Positions 34,663 through 46,447 of a stretch of DNA of 64,000 nucleotides are shown here, in pieces. The position numbers were made by a program, and so were the translations under genes. Source of the DNA: Paraphysomonas bandaiensis (Eukaryota > Protista > Chrysophyceae); assembly GCA_965644295.1 (NCBI GenBank), contig CBFFRP010000020.1, forward strand, positions 62,001 to 126,000. The letters are read 5' to 3'. How positions within the stretch are numbered: the first letter of the stretch is position 1; each line of letters starts with the position of its first letter. A model generated the notes under the pieces. The model saw nothing but the letters and a program-made list of their open reading frames with translations. It was not told where the DNA came from and made no database searches.

Positions 34663-35178
34663 ATGAGTTGTTCCAGTATTTCTATTAATCTACCCAGAAA
34701 TATTATTGATAGATTGATTGCATGTGACGATGTAGTTTTACGTGAAGATTCATTAATTAATGTCATTGAAATTGTAGAATCCGAAGATGCCCAACAACTC
34801 TACAAAGAGTTTTTGATTTCGCATGAAGAAGATGTTGATCCATTACTATCTCCTGGGTTTGGTCACCCTATTTCTCCATACGTTTCGGTAAATGTTCAGG
34901 TGGAGGTGTACAATCTTTTGGAAACGTTTCGACCATTGACAGCCGCTGACATTGCTGCGGGTGGATTTAGTTATATCCCCGCAGTGTTTCCAGTGTTAGG
35001 TGGTGTGCAGTACCATCATCAAATTGCAATTCAAGCAGTTCAAGAGGAAATACAAACGGTAGCTATCTTTAATGCACAGTGCCCTGGCATTGTAGCACTG
35101 CCGTCTGGAAACACTATTTGTGACTTAACTATTACCTACGCAAACGTCGTAATTGTAACAAGAATTCGAAAGTTCTGA
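34663..35178 (+). CDS. Intronless orphan ORF, 171 aa, unknown function
   Basis: Uninterrupted ATG-to-stop frame with protein-like composition in AT-rich DNA. No motif recognised. Confidence 0.5.
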   Translation: MSCSSISINLPRNIIDRLIACDDVVLREDSLINVIEIVESEDAQQLYKEFLISHEEDVDPLLSPGFGHPISPYVSVNVQVEVYNLLETFRPLTAADIAAGGFSYIPAVFPVLGGVQYHHQIAIQAVQEEIQTVAIFNAQCPGIVALPSGNTICDLTITYANVVIVTRIRKF

Positions 35179-35730
35179 GTTAGTTTTGTTAGTTATTACT
35201 TAGTTGGCCGTGAAATCGTCAACACTGATGGCAAAAAATAGCAACAAATGGGTTGTTTATTTAGTCAGAGTCAAAGTTAGCGAGTGAAGTAATAATTATG
35301 ACTGTAGGAAGTATAATCTTTTATGCAGGTAGTATAATCAATCAAGAAATCACACTTTTCGATCACTTACTTACTTGTGCCTTTCTTTCTTCATGCAGTA
35401 AGGAATCATAAGACTAACAACAAGCAACCAACCACTTACAAACACACACAACACTACTGAAACCCCTTTTCTGCACCGACCCCGATATATGGGGAACAAT
35501 TACCCCTTGGTAGTTACAGAGATTATTATTACTTTACTCGGTGCTGTTTCACGGAATAGGCTTCTTTTAAGCGGGGGGTAGATACATGGGTTGGCTCAAG
35601 CGGGCGAATGGCAGTAGTAAGTTGTTGGTTAGTAGATGTAGTTACTATATCTACTTCATCATTCACATGCAATATGTATGTGTTGGTGTATGTAAAAGTG
35701 TGGGAGTGGTGGTAATGTCGTCCTTCTGCC

Positions 35731-35775
35731 CCATAATGACAGCGTAACTAATCACCGCGTGCGGCCCTCTAGTGG
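35731..35775 (+). repeat. 45-bp direct repeat containing CTAG near its 3' end, copy 2
   Basis: ccataatgacagcgtaactaatcaccgcgtgcggccctctagtgg. Confidence 0.8.
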
Positions 35776-36041
35776 GTGCGGCTGAGTGTTGCGACCGCGC
35801 ACCTCTACCTATGTACACATTGCTTAGTTCAGCGGTTCCACACCCGGGTTCTCACTGCATATCAATCTATCGAAACAGCTAAATACCAACTCGAAACTGA
35901 CTTCGACATGTGCAAATTATTAAATGGCTTGAACATAAAGTACATTCCTACACATCTAAAAACAAAAGGAGAAAATATCTCGCATAATACTTTGTAGTCA
36001 CATCAATGATGTAGCACCAGACCACTATATGAACAAATAAC

Positions 36042-39000
36042 TTACAGAAATAGGTCTTCCATGAAGTCAAGAAACCTGCTGTTATATTACGGACAACATT
36101 CTAAATCAAAGCAAAATACCCACCTGTCGCGATATTTCTCGGGAGATACGCAAGATAGTTCATCTTTGTGCTGACATAATAGATTCACCTTGACCCAGTT
36201 TTCAACCTGAATTCAAGAGGGTTACCAAGTATAAACGGTATATAAATATCGCACCCGTTTGCGGAACAGGTACTCCTGTTGATAGTCGATAATGCCAACA
36301 TAATACGAGTAGTCGACCACAAATTCTCCAGCCTGACACAACCCATCACATCAATCATAAAGAAAGACAATAAATACCTGTAAACGACAGTCTCCAGCGT
36401 GAGTAGAGTCTGTATTTGAAACGGATGCATCTTCACGGTCAACAACGTCGATTACTTTCTTAAACACTCCCACTAGCGATATTGAAAATTCAAAAAAATC
36501 AGCAGGCAAGTATAAGGAACAATTCTCACCCAGAAGACTGTAGTCCATTACTTTATACGTGTCTGACAGGAAATGGGCATCAGCGTGAAGTTGTTCCATG
36601 ACTTTAGCGCCCTCATTCCTCGGAAGTCGAAATCTAGTACGCCCACGGAGGTCATTATCTTTCAAAATACAATCTGGTTCGTGTCGAAAAAGTGGACAAC
36701 TATAGTAACGTATTATATACATGGGAAAACGCTCGAGAATATCACCTCAGAATCACACTTACATTGGCACATGTTCAATTACGTCTTCAATATCCGTGTC
36801 CGAGAATCTGAATAGAATAAGTTAGGAAATCGTTGTGGATGAGTACTTATTCGGTCATACCCTCTATTGGCAGAAGATCGCTTTGGAGATGTAACTCCAT
36901 CATTCATGCTGTCAGTCCAGCTACCTCTGATTAAACCACATTCATTAAATCATACGCCGATGTAATAGTACTTAGAAATCACCTCTTGTCCTTGAGAACG
37001 TGGCTCTTCGAGTTGTATGTGAACATCGTTCCACATGCTTTGCACCTCACACGCTCGCCATTTTTTGGTGGTTTCATGTTTCTGAATATGTATCACAATA
37101 AAAACATTTAAACGGACTGATTTCTACATTCTACCGATACACAGAGGAGCCTTTGAGATCGTACTTTTCACTGATGAGCTCCCCATTTTTGGTTTGTAGC
37201 ACATTGTTTGTCACGATGAAGTAAAGGTCACAAGCATACATTTTGAGCTTGTAGGCGCCATATATCTGCGATTCAAGTTATATCACTTGTACATCCCTAG
37301 ATATTACCACTCACCTTGGTAATGAAGCTTTCCTTATTGTTCGCCAAGTACCCCATCAGTCGATATGCATGTGTTCGTATGTGTTGCATTTCTTCGGCGT
37401 TGCACGACTTCGCCATGAACCTTCCGCATTGCGAGTAAAAAAACAACGCATTAGATGCCCCTCCTTCTGTTACTCTGTTCACAATCTGCTTCTCGAAAGA
37501 CCTGCAAGCAAAAGGAGAAGACAGTGAGTTCTACAGACAGACCGAAGAAATGGCCGCAGTACATACCGTGCATATATTCCTTCGATACCATATAACTCCC
37601 TTATTTTGCGGAATACGGAGGGAGCATACTCAACAAACTCAATTTCTCTAGTCCTTTCCAGCACAAGAAGCTGACTCCTAAGTGTAAACACATCATATCA
37701 TATTCAATCTATAGCACGGTGAGAGGCACCTCATCCATGACCAGAACTCAACTACAGGACCTAAAAAATAATATCATTGTAAGAATATATCACAACACTT
37801 CCACGGTGGCACACCTGCAAATATACTCAAGCTATTGGAGCTGTATGGTACATAACCACTGCTTCCAGTTGGATTAGATTCCGAAAACCTATCTGTCTCA
37901 ATATCAATGGCTGCGGGCTTCACATCAAGCTTGAAATCAGATGCCAAGGGGCTCACGAATGATGCGCTGCTCGGTCGACTTGAGACTCCAGATTGTGAAC
38001 AAAGAGAAAATGTCTCATCCCGGGTCTGTAATACTGACTTTAGAATACTCATATTCTCCGCCAGCGCAGACCGCCTCAATGCCTTAGTTAAATCTTGAAT
38101 GGGTCCCTTGGCAAGTTGGAAGAATTTCTCCAGTGGAAGTTTGAACATGTCTTGGGGCACTGTAATGCAAAGAACGTGTTTGTCCAATGAGTCAGTTGAA
38201 TACGAGTTCATTGAAGAGCACTTTTGTATGCCAACTGTAGCATAAGTAACTACTTCTTGCTGCAGAGCGTGATTGATGTCATAAAGCGTTGACGACTGTA
38301 CCGAATCCACGGTGCTAGATGAGGAGAAGACAGCAGAAGTTTGTACAATGAAGAACACTATCAGACACGCGAATCCCTTTGCACAGACTAAAAAAAGAAA
38401 GGCCAACCACATATGTTGTCCAGCCATCCCAAAGGCGGCCTCGGCAGCAGTAGTAAGAAACATAAGCAAGAAGAGTATAACGTAGTACGCAGATGATACG
38501 CCGACAGCTACCTGGCTCATGTATAACACTCTTGCACGATGCAAGAACGTAAGTCGGATGCCCTTTCCAAGAACTACACGAGCACAGAACATTACATACC
38601 CTGCATAAGAGTATATGACTAATATAGGTAGGTACAAAAATATCCAGGAGCGGTAATTAAGTCGGCTGCCATTTACAGAGCCTGAACTGACCCAGCATAT
38701 GCCAGCGTCATCCAGTTGACTGTCAAGATACCACTGACCATTTACTGCGTCTATACAACCAACAAGCAGAGCCATGAGAAGACCCAATCCCCAGGATAGG
38801 CCGTGGTACACGGCGACCCTATTTCATGGTTTAACATTTTACAATTTATCACTAGATTTTAGATACCGCTTCTTGAAAGGAGAAAATGGATTCGTGAGTG
38901 TGATAGCAAGATCGACAGCAGCACAGCAAAACCACATTTCAGAAGAGATTTCAAAGAATTCAAGAATGGCTCCAGCTAGTGCACAATTGTTATGGTCGAA

Positions 39001-39475
39001 CCCTGAGCCCTCTGTACACACTTTACAGCAGCATAAAATAACAACCATTTGCTCACCTTCGCACGAACCATGTTCACAAGACTCGAGTCTTAATACCCCA
39101 GCAAACAAAAATCGAAGTCCAAGTCCCACATCACATACAGTACGATAGAATAGTAAAGTCATAACAGGTGTATGGAGTGTACGATCAGATATATATCGTC
39201 CTAATACATACCCCTATGAACCAATCAGATCAACACAACATCCTCTATAAGTAACTTACCCCTGATATAACTCCAATACTACCAGAGAATATATAGATAG
39301 TTGTAGTTGATAACTCTAGCGTTACAGAGAGTAACATAGTGCTAAAGAATAGAACAACAATACTCCATATTCGAGCTCTTCTACCATTAATAAGGACAAC
39401 TAGTGACTGCCAGGGTGATAAAGAGGTTGTTTTATGATGGTTTAATGGGGTGTTGATGTCACTTGTCTTCTCCAT
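36042..39475 (-). CDS. GPCR-phosphatidylinositol phosphate kinase fusion (GK/RpkA type; multi-exon)
   Basis: 7TM cAMP-receptor-like region (SEMWFCCAAVDL...NPF, YHGLSW, ICWV) followed by PIPK motifs EYAPSVFRKIRELYG, EGGAS..FFYS, YDLKGS, LKDND, MDYSLL, GIIDY and YRDRFLDFM. Confidence 0.92.
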
Positions 39476-39939
39476 AGTTAGTATTGGAGTTGACTGTGTG
39501 TATTGGAACAGATATTTGAATAAGTATCAATGAGACTGATAGATACACTGGCCGCTCGAGGCTGGGGCTCATAGAGTCACACACCACTCTGACTGTTCCA
39601 TATACATGTATACACATAATGGGCGTGTGTCCAGATCTCTGTACGTTCTACTGTATGCACTCTGCAAAAACAGCAGTATATATTGTACTGCTATATCTAA
39701 AAACCGGGGGTTTTCTAGAACTACAGAATACAGAATACATGATGTCCAGAATACACTGAGTGTGTAGAACAAGGCAGACAATTCCACTGGCAGCCCAGTG
39801 GATATCTAGATATCTATAACGGATAGGCGTAGATACAGTAGGAATTCCAACATGCTGAAGACACTAGGATTCCTATTGTCGTTGCAATGATAACTTAATT
39901 CGGAGCTGACAGATGCTGAATCGTGTGACAGAATTGAGT

Positions 39940-40239
39940 ATTATAAAGACACTCTTTGTTAGAGTACAGTAAATGGCCAATGCTGCCATTGGAAGAATGG
40001 AGGCATTAGGGTTATGTTGTTGGCTAATAGAATTAGCCATTGCACATTTGTTTGCAGCTGAGAACGAGTTTCTTCCAAATAAAATAGGACACAATTGGCT
40101 CTGACAACTACGAGACAGATGGTAGTAGGTAGTAGTGACAATGAAGAAAGCCAAAGGTCTCCAAATAACCAAATACAAGTGTCGAAGTCTACGTGGGACT
40201 CAACTTCAGCTAAATCTTGATGGAGTCCGTAGGCTGTAA
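39940..40239 (+). pseudogene. Possible pogo/Tc5-type (CENP-B HTH) transposase N-terminal relic
   Basis: One frame reads IKTLFVRVQ*MANAAIGRMEALGL...NKIGHNWL*QLRDRW**VVVTMKKAKGLQ, which resembles the G..W...F..R pattern of Tc5 DNA-binding domains. Four internal stops. Confidence 0.4.
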
Positions 40240-40731
40240 ATAGTTGATATGGTGATCGTATGTATTTTGGTCTATTTAATAATTTGATATAAGGTGCAAC
40301 AAAGATTTTTTCTAGATATTGTTATGCTCTAATAGCCTTCCTTAATTATATAACTGCACAATAATGCAGGATAGTATGTTCATGTTATAGTTGCAGCTAC
40401 TATGAACTCTGTACACAATTGAAAAATTATGCGAGGATTTTCAAAATCCCTAAGTACATGAAGTCGAACTTTGTCCCTTGTTTGCCACAATAGATTGAAT
40501 ATCAAACACCACTATTTTAAGCACTAATCATGTGCTTCCCGCCAAATAACGAACAAATCCATACAATACTGGTCGAATTGATAATCAGATATAGGGTTAC
40601 GGGTTACTACTTATGTAGGTTAAACCACAAGTGCTACATATTGTAAATCTAATTCCCACCACAATACAATATCAAATACTTAGGTGAGATAGACTTCAAT
40701 TTCTGATGGTACATCCACGATGGTTGACTGC

Positions 40732-42587
40732 TTAGTGGCATACTATATCAATTATTGGCTTCGTCCAAGGAAGAAGCTTAGGAAGGGCACAGTAGTTATA
40801 GGGCACCAGCGCAGACGACGGGGCAGGAAGTGGGTATTTTATGTAGTGGTCCATCAGAGCAAAAGCTAGGTCCAAAGTGGACATCTCATCCAGCTGCTGT
40901 TTAGTGAACCTGATAAAATTCGAAAATCATTATACGGACTCTGTGCCATACATAATAGCCCATGTATGTTCACTAATCAACAAAATATACGACATTAACA
41001 TAATATATATTAAACATACTTCGCTGACATCCCACTCTTTAGCTTATCAAGAATAAATTCAAGCGTCATATTACTCCCATCTGTCTGAGCGTAGAAGCGA
41101 TCCTTTTCCTCTCCAGAGGAAAAACAGCGAGCTCTATATTTCGCATGTAAAAGACTCACTCTCTAATATGCACCATACTACTACCTACCTGTAAACTATA
41201 GATATTCTCAAATCGTCAGACGAATATACGTTTGTGACCTGCACAAAACCACTAAGTCAATTTGTTACGGAGCCAAGAGCCATGAAACACATGCATAGCA
41301 TATGCCACATCCTTCACTCACCTCATCCCCCACTACCAAGTGCCAGGTCTCGTTACCGACATATTTCAACACATTCTGTTTGTTTTTATCCAAAACTGGA
41401 GCAGCAACCGACTTCATATACACCTACAATTCACACACAATATACCATAAGCTAGTGTTAACTTGCATTGCAATCGTCACACACTGACTCTAGATACAAT
41501 TCACAACGAGTGTACCTGGGCTGCATGAAGTATTTTGGTACCGTCGATAAGTGCACCCGCCCTTGGTTTGGGATGCATGACTGATGGCTCGGGATCATTG
41601 GTATTGTAATACACAAAATCACCACCAGTAAATGCGGGGTCAACAACCTCCCAGGAGTGAAGATATCCTACCACCTGGACCTACACAAGTAAATCTCATT
41701 AAACTCTTCGTATATTATACATAATTAAAATTTACCAATCTTAGTATGAATAGTCAACATAACACTTACTTGGTGAATAAATTGCTCGTTGAAGAGTCCA
41801 CTGAAAGCCATACATGCCAGAAGCCATTGGGGAAACTGCCGTCTGTTTGCCCCCCAAAAATAGACACCATCAACATGAGTGGCAACAGTCTGGCCAGGTA
41901 CCTACATCAACAGTATATAACGAGCAGTAATACGTAATTCGTTGGAAGTATTGCTACATAAATACAAACCCCATGAAAACACTTAAGCGAAAGACAAAAA
42001 GGGAGCACCAGGTTTACCTGCATAATGAAATTGAATTGAAATGGATCAAGATATTGCTGATCTGCTGGGCAAATACTCTTAGCAGCCTTCTGAAACGGTT
42101 CCTGGGCAAAGAGTCTGGCCATGGTAGGGTACTTGTCAACTACGTCGAACATGTACCGCCCAAATGAAGAAACTCGTGATATCATTTTGTCAAAAGACTC
42201 GCGAATAGCATCAGGTCCTCCAGTCATTATAAAATGACGGCCAACATCTACCCGTTGAGGGAGGATGCATAATGTACGATCAACATTAGGAACCAAATAA
42301 GGGTGAGAGCATGTGCCATCGCTCTGTATGGGTTGAGCCTCTCCAATATGTTCGTGCTTGGCTTTAAACCCTCCTGTCTTGAGATCAGCATCAATGTTAC
42401 TTGGAAACTCCGCCATATCACGAATAATATCATTCAGTGCCTTAAAATCATTCTCAGGGATAAAGTTTTCAATATAGAGAGCCGTATGATTGAGATGATG
42501 AGGGGGGATATCGATACGAGGCAGTGTGAAGAGATACCAGTATACTGCCACAGACAATGCGATAACAATACCTGCGATATGCTTCAT
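40732..42587 (-). CDS. N-terminally anchored 2OG-Fe(II) oxygenase-like protein (multi-exon)
   Basis: TM anchor. Splicing gives VPGQTVATHVDG (HxD), VGYLH...GGDFVY and DGTKILHA (distal His). Confidence 0.7.
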
Positions 42588-43164
42588 GTTGTACTCTCTA
42601 GAGTTATAAGCAGTCAATAGATTTTGTGGGTAGGTTATGTAGAGGCAGATATCAGCTATACATACCTATGTATGTAGAGGGAGTATAGCTATACACATTA
42701 CTGTATATGGAATACTCGAACAGAGATATTATACACATATACAATGCTATACGTATACAGATAGGTATACGTCGATATACTTTGTACATGATTGCATGCT
42801 TTACAGTGCGTACGATATCACAACTCTACGTCGTACAAGTACGAAGTACTTGATTTTTAGGTTTGTATGCAGTAAAGTGGAGTTTATGGCCCAAACCACA
42901 CCCTAAAACTAAAATTTTCAGTATAAATTTTTGAGATTTGAGTTTTTTCGGCCATCTATCAAGTGGACTGGAGGATATTGAATAAGGAAACCACTGCATA
43001 CATTTAAGGTACATTCACTGTCATAAACAATCTGTAGGCTGAAAGGGCACATTCTCTTACGATTGCCCATCAGCCTTTTTTGTAATCTACATTGTGATCG
43101 TGTTTAATTGGTGTGGAAGCATATAGTTATCGCTGTATTTCGTTTGCACAGATCTCACTGTACG

Positions 43165-44193
43165 ATGAATTTCACCGATCTTTTCAGAGCATGTGCTTGT
43201 GAGATGGAGAGTCATGAAGATCTTCCATCCCAACACTCAGAAGCAGCATCAGCAGTATCGTCGCAATCCACATCTAAAGCCACTAATCATCAGGTTGTAA
43301 TGCATTACAATCTCGGGTGCTCACTTCAAGAAGAAGGCAAGTTCAGTGAGGCGATTGAGAGCTACAAACGCGCTTTGCTTATAGATCCAAACTACTGCGA
43401 TGCTCAGTATAATCTTGCAAATGCCCTTCAATTGTCTGGTAGAGTGAAAGAGGCTGAGGTGGAATATAAGAAAACAATCGCACTCAATCCTACTCATCAG
43501 CTAGCGTACTATAATCTGGGATACATATACTTCAACGACCTCAAGGATCCGTGGAAAGGAATCGAAATGTTAAAAAAGAGTCTTGAAATTGATCCTTCTG
43601 ATGTGGATGCTCAAATTAACATGGCTTTAGCCCTCAACGATCTGGGCATGTTAGATGATGTAATAAACTGCTACCAGTATATCATAGAACACAATAAAGG
43701 GTGTGTCATGGCACACTTTAATCTTGGAAATGCTTATTTAGATGCTGGACGAATAGAAGAAGCGTTGTCGTCCTTTCAGGTACTTCAGTGTCACTTGATG
43801 CTTTTCTTGTTATATATTTTATCCATCCGTTTTATTGACGCAATTGTAGCACGTTGTCATGTTGGACCCCGAGCATGCAGATGCTTACTTCAATTTAGCT
43901 CTTATGCACCAGGAGCAGGCCAACGACGAGTCATGTACTGGTACGGCTGTATATGTGTATTTCGCCACTATGTGAACATGTAATTAGTTTTTTCTCCTTG
44001 TGAGTTACAATACAAAACACTCTTGTGTTCACTCTTACACTCAGATGAGGTGGTGCGAAAGGCGGAGCTAGGCAAAGCACTCAGGTGCTATCGTGCAGTT
44101 GAGGATCTAGGAGGCAAGGTAGACCCTTCTTTGCTGGAGGAGGCCCGTCGGGCGATATATCAAATAGAAGCTCTACAAGTGTCGCTGAGTTAG
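43165..44193 (+). CDS. TPR repeat protein (3 exons)
   Basis: Repeated YNLG/FNLG...A...Y..AL.IDP units. Two GT-AG introns restore the frame to a stop at 44191-44193. Confidence 0.9.
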
Positions 44194-44871
44194 TGATCTT
44201 TCATACTTTGATCTTTAGATACTGGCATGCTGGTATGAATGTACTATACACTGGTTTGCTCTCTAGTATATCTGCGATTTCAGTATAGTCGGTGTACTTT
44301 TGAATGCGTATCAAAACTGAATTTCTGGTGTTCTATCAGTTGCCTTTTACCGGATCTCTTTTTCGACTGAATTTTATTAAGGTCATTATATACGTTTGCT
44401 GATCACTTTATATGCATATATTTGTACAACTATGTGCATAGTCCGACAATGTAGTAATAATTAAGTCCATCGGTATTTTTCATTTACATACTAAGATTCA
44501 TCATGTTGTCAAATTTAACCACGGGTATTAAGGAGGCTATATCGTCCCGCGCTCAAATTTTTGAAACAAAATCAAAAAGCCCGAGTTTTAAAATTTAGAC
44601 GAAGGACAATACCTATTATCCCTAGGTTAAGTTGTTGCTTAGGATTCCTAATATCTAGAATGAATAGGGTACCTTCTTGTTGTCGTTGGCATCATTACAC
44701 GCGTATGTACAATACGCTTAACCTCCGCAAGTGCAGCTGACTCGAATACTGTGTGTATGATATGAGGCACACAATTCTGAAAATCACGGCCCTGAGTGGA
44801 CTTGGCGTCATGCTTCAAATCAACTTTAGCATCTGATGTGGAATATTCTTGAAGTATTGTTTCGAAGTGAT

Positions 44872-45025
44872 TATCGTATTGGCATCCTTTGTATATTTTT
44901 GGTCCAAGATGCCTCATATATTGAGACAACAATTATCTGTATTCCAGCCGTAGTTGTATTGCAATTATATAGAGGAATTTTGATTCAATATATTTCCGAA
45001 AAAGATGCTGACTGCCGATACGATA
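44872..45025 (+). mobile_element. MITE family 1, full-length copy with TA flanks
   Basis: ta-tcgtattggca ... tgccgatacga-ta, plus an internal hairpin ggcatc...gatgcc. Confidence 0.85.
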
Positions 45026-45540
45026 AGTTAAAATTGCTGGATATAATTAAATTACTTTCTAATGGCTGTCAATTAAGGTAAAGATAGTTACTGTTTGAAC
45101 CAAATACTAAAGTTGAGAGTTTATATTTACCCGGTGTCAGCGTTCTGTTGAACCCAATTCAAGTTGAGAATTGAGACAATCATGAGTACGTAAGAATTCA
45201 TTTTTATGATATTGATACGAAGTTAATTGTTGAGGAAGCTATTTTCTCAATGCAGATCCATTTTAATCTCAGCTCAGCGACAAGAGAAACAAATTAAAAG
45301 CAGTATTACAACCCATATAGTTCTGACATTCAATACTGAATGTTACACTCATTATTGAGTATTGCGTAAGTGTTTGTATCTGGAGACTTTTCTACAATTC
45401 TATGAATAATTGCTAGTAAAACGTTATTTGTTCAAAAATTGAGAAATAATTAATGAAGTACTTAGTATCACATATGCATAAATTTAAACTAATTCCGTGT
45501 TGGTATTCTATTCCAATATCAATATCACATGATGATTACG

Positions 45541-46030
45541 TCAGTCATCATAGCTTGGTACCATGTTATAATCAAAGTTATTCCAACCCATCCACGCCCC
45601 GAAGAGAACAAATGTCGCATAACTTCCAGGAACAAACACTGAGAATGAATAAGTATTCAAATTATGCCCAAATAATTGAGAGAAGTAACTTACTTATACC
45701 ACCTAGCATAAGGAAAGTAAAGCCTTTATCTTTCTGTCGTTTACTGTCCCAAAACAATACTGCTCCAGAAATAAGGAATGCCTAAGACAATAAGTCAGAT
45801 TACGTATATATATGTAAATAGCGCCTACCAATCCGACAACAAAGAAAATCAATGCGGCACATGTAGTCTTTGGAGGGGGGAGGGATGAGAATGACGTCTG
45901 CATCCGGGTACGTTGTCTTAACAGCGACCCCTCTGGGGCCTATTAACAATATAATAACCTGAGTGTAGAAGATATATATGTATCTTACATCCATCTGCAT
46001 TTGCCTCATTGGTCGTCGCTCCGCTTTCAT
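45541..46030 (-). CDS. TMEM230/TMEM134-family small membrane protein (4 exons; start uncertain)
   Basis: Spliced product ...PPKTTCAALIFFVVGLAFLISGAVLF...GFTFLMLGGIMFVPGSYATFVLFGAWMGWNNFDYNMVPSYDD* matches the family C-terminus (F.PG.Y...G...Y...P..DD). Confidence 0.75.
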
Positions 46031-46447
46031 GTACAAATGCTCTTCCTCAGAGCGCTGAAGCTTCTCTTCAAGATCCGTTGAAATATTAGAAAATAGTTGA
46101 GATCTATTTCTATATAGCAGAATGATTGTGATGAGGAGGTGACAGCCATGTGAGATCAGTTCATCTGTGCGTGTATTCCTCCTACGACTACGAATAATAC
46201 CAACAAAAATCACATATTTATTATACGTACATTACAAGTATATTTATAGCACTATAAATACATAGAGTTTTAGCAGTTTATATTTAGAAAACCCCTATTT
46301 TCGTATACCAAAGTGAAATATGGCTTTTTAAATTATTGAATTTGAGGGGGGTTGGTAGATAGAAGCGCAGCTCTTGATAGTTAGTGCTGTTAATATTCAT
46401 TACCACCATTGGCTAGCTGGCAGAATTGGGAGTTGAATATATCTGCA

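Noticed and set aside
40592-40607. tagggttacgggttac telomere-like sequence
   Set aside because: Only two imperfect units; expected by chance.
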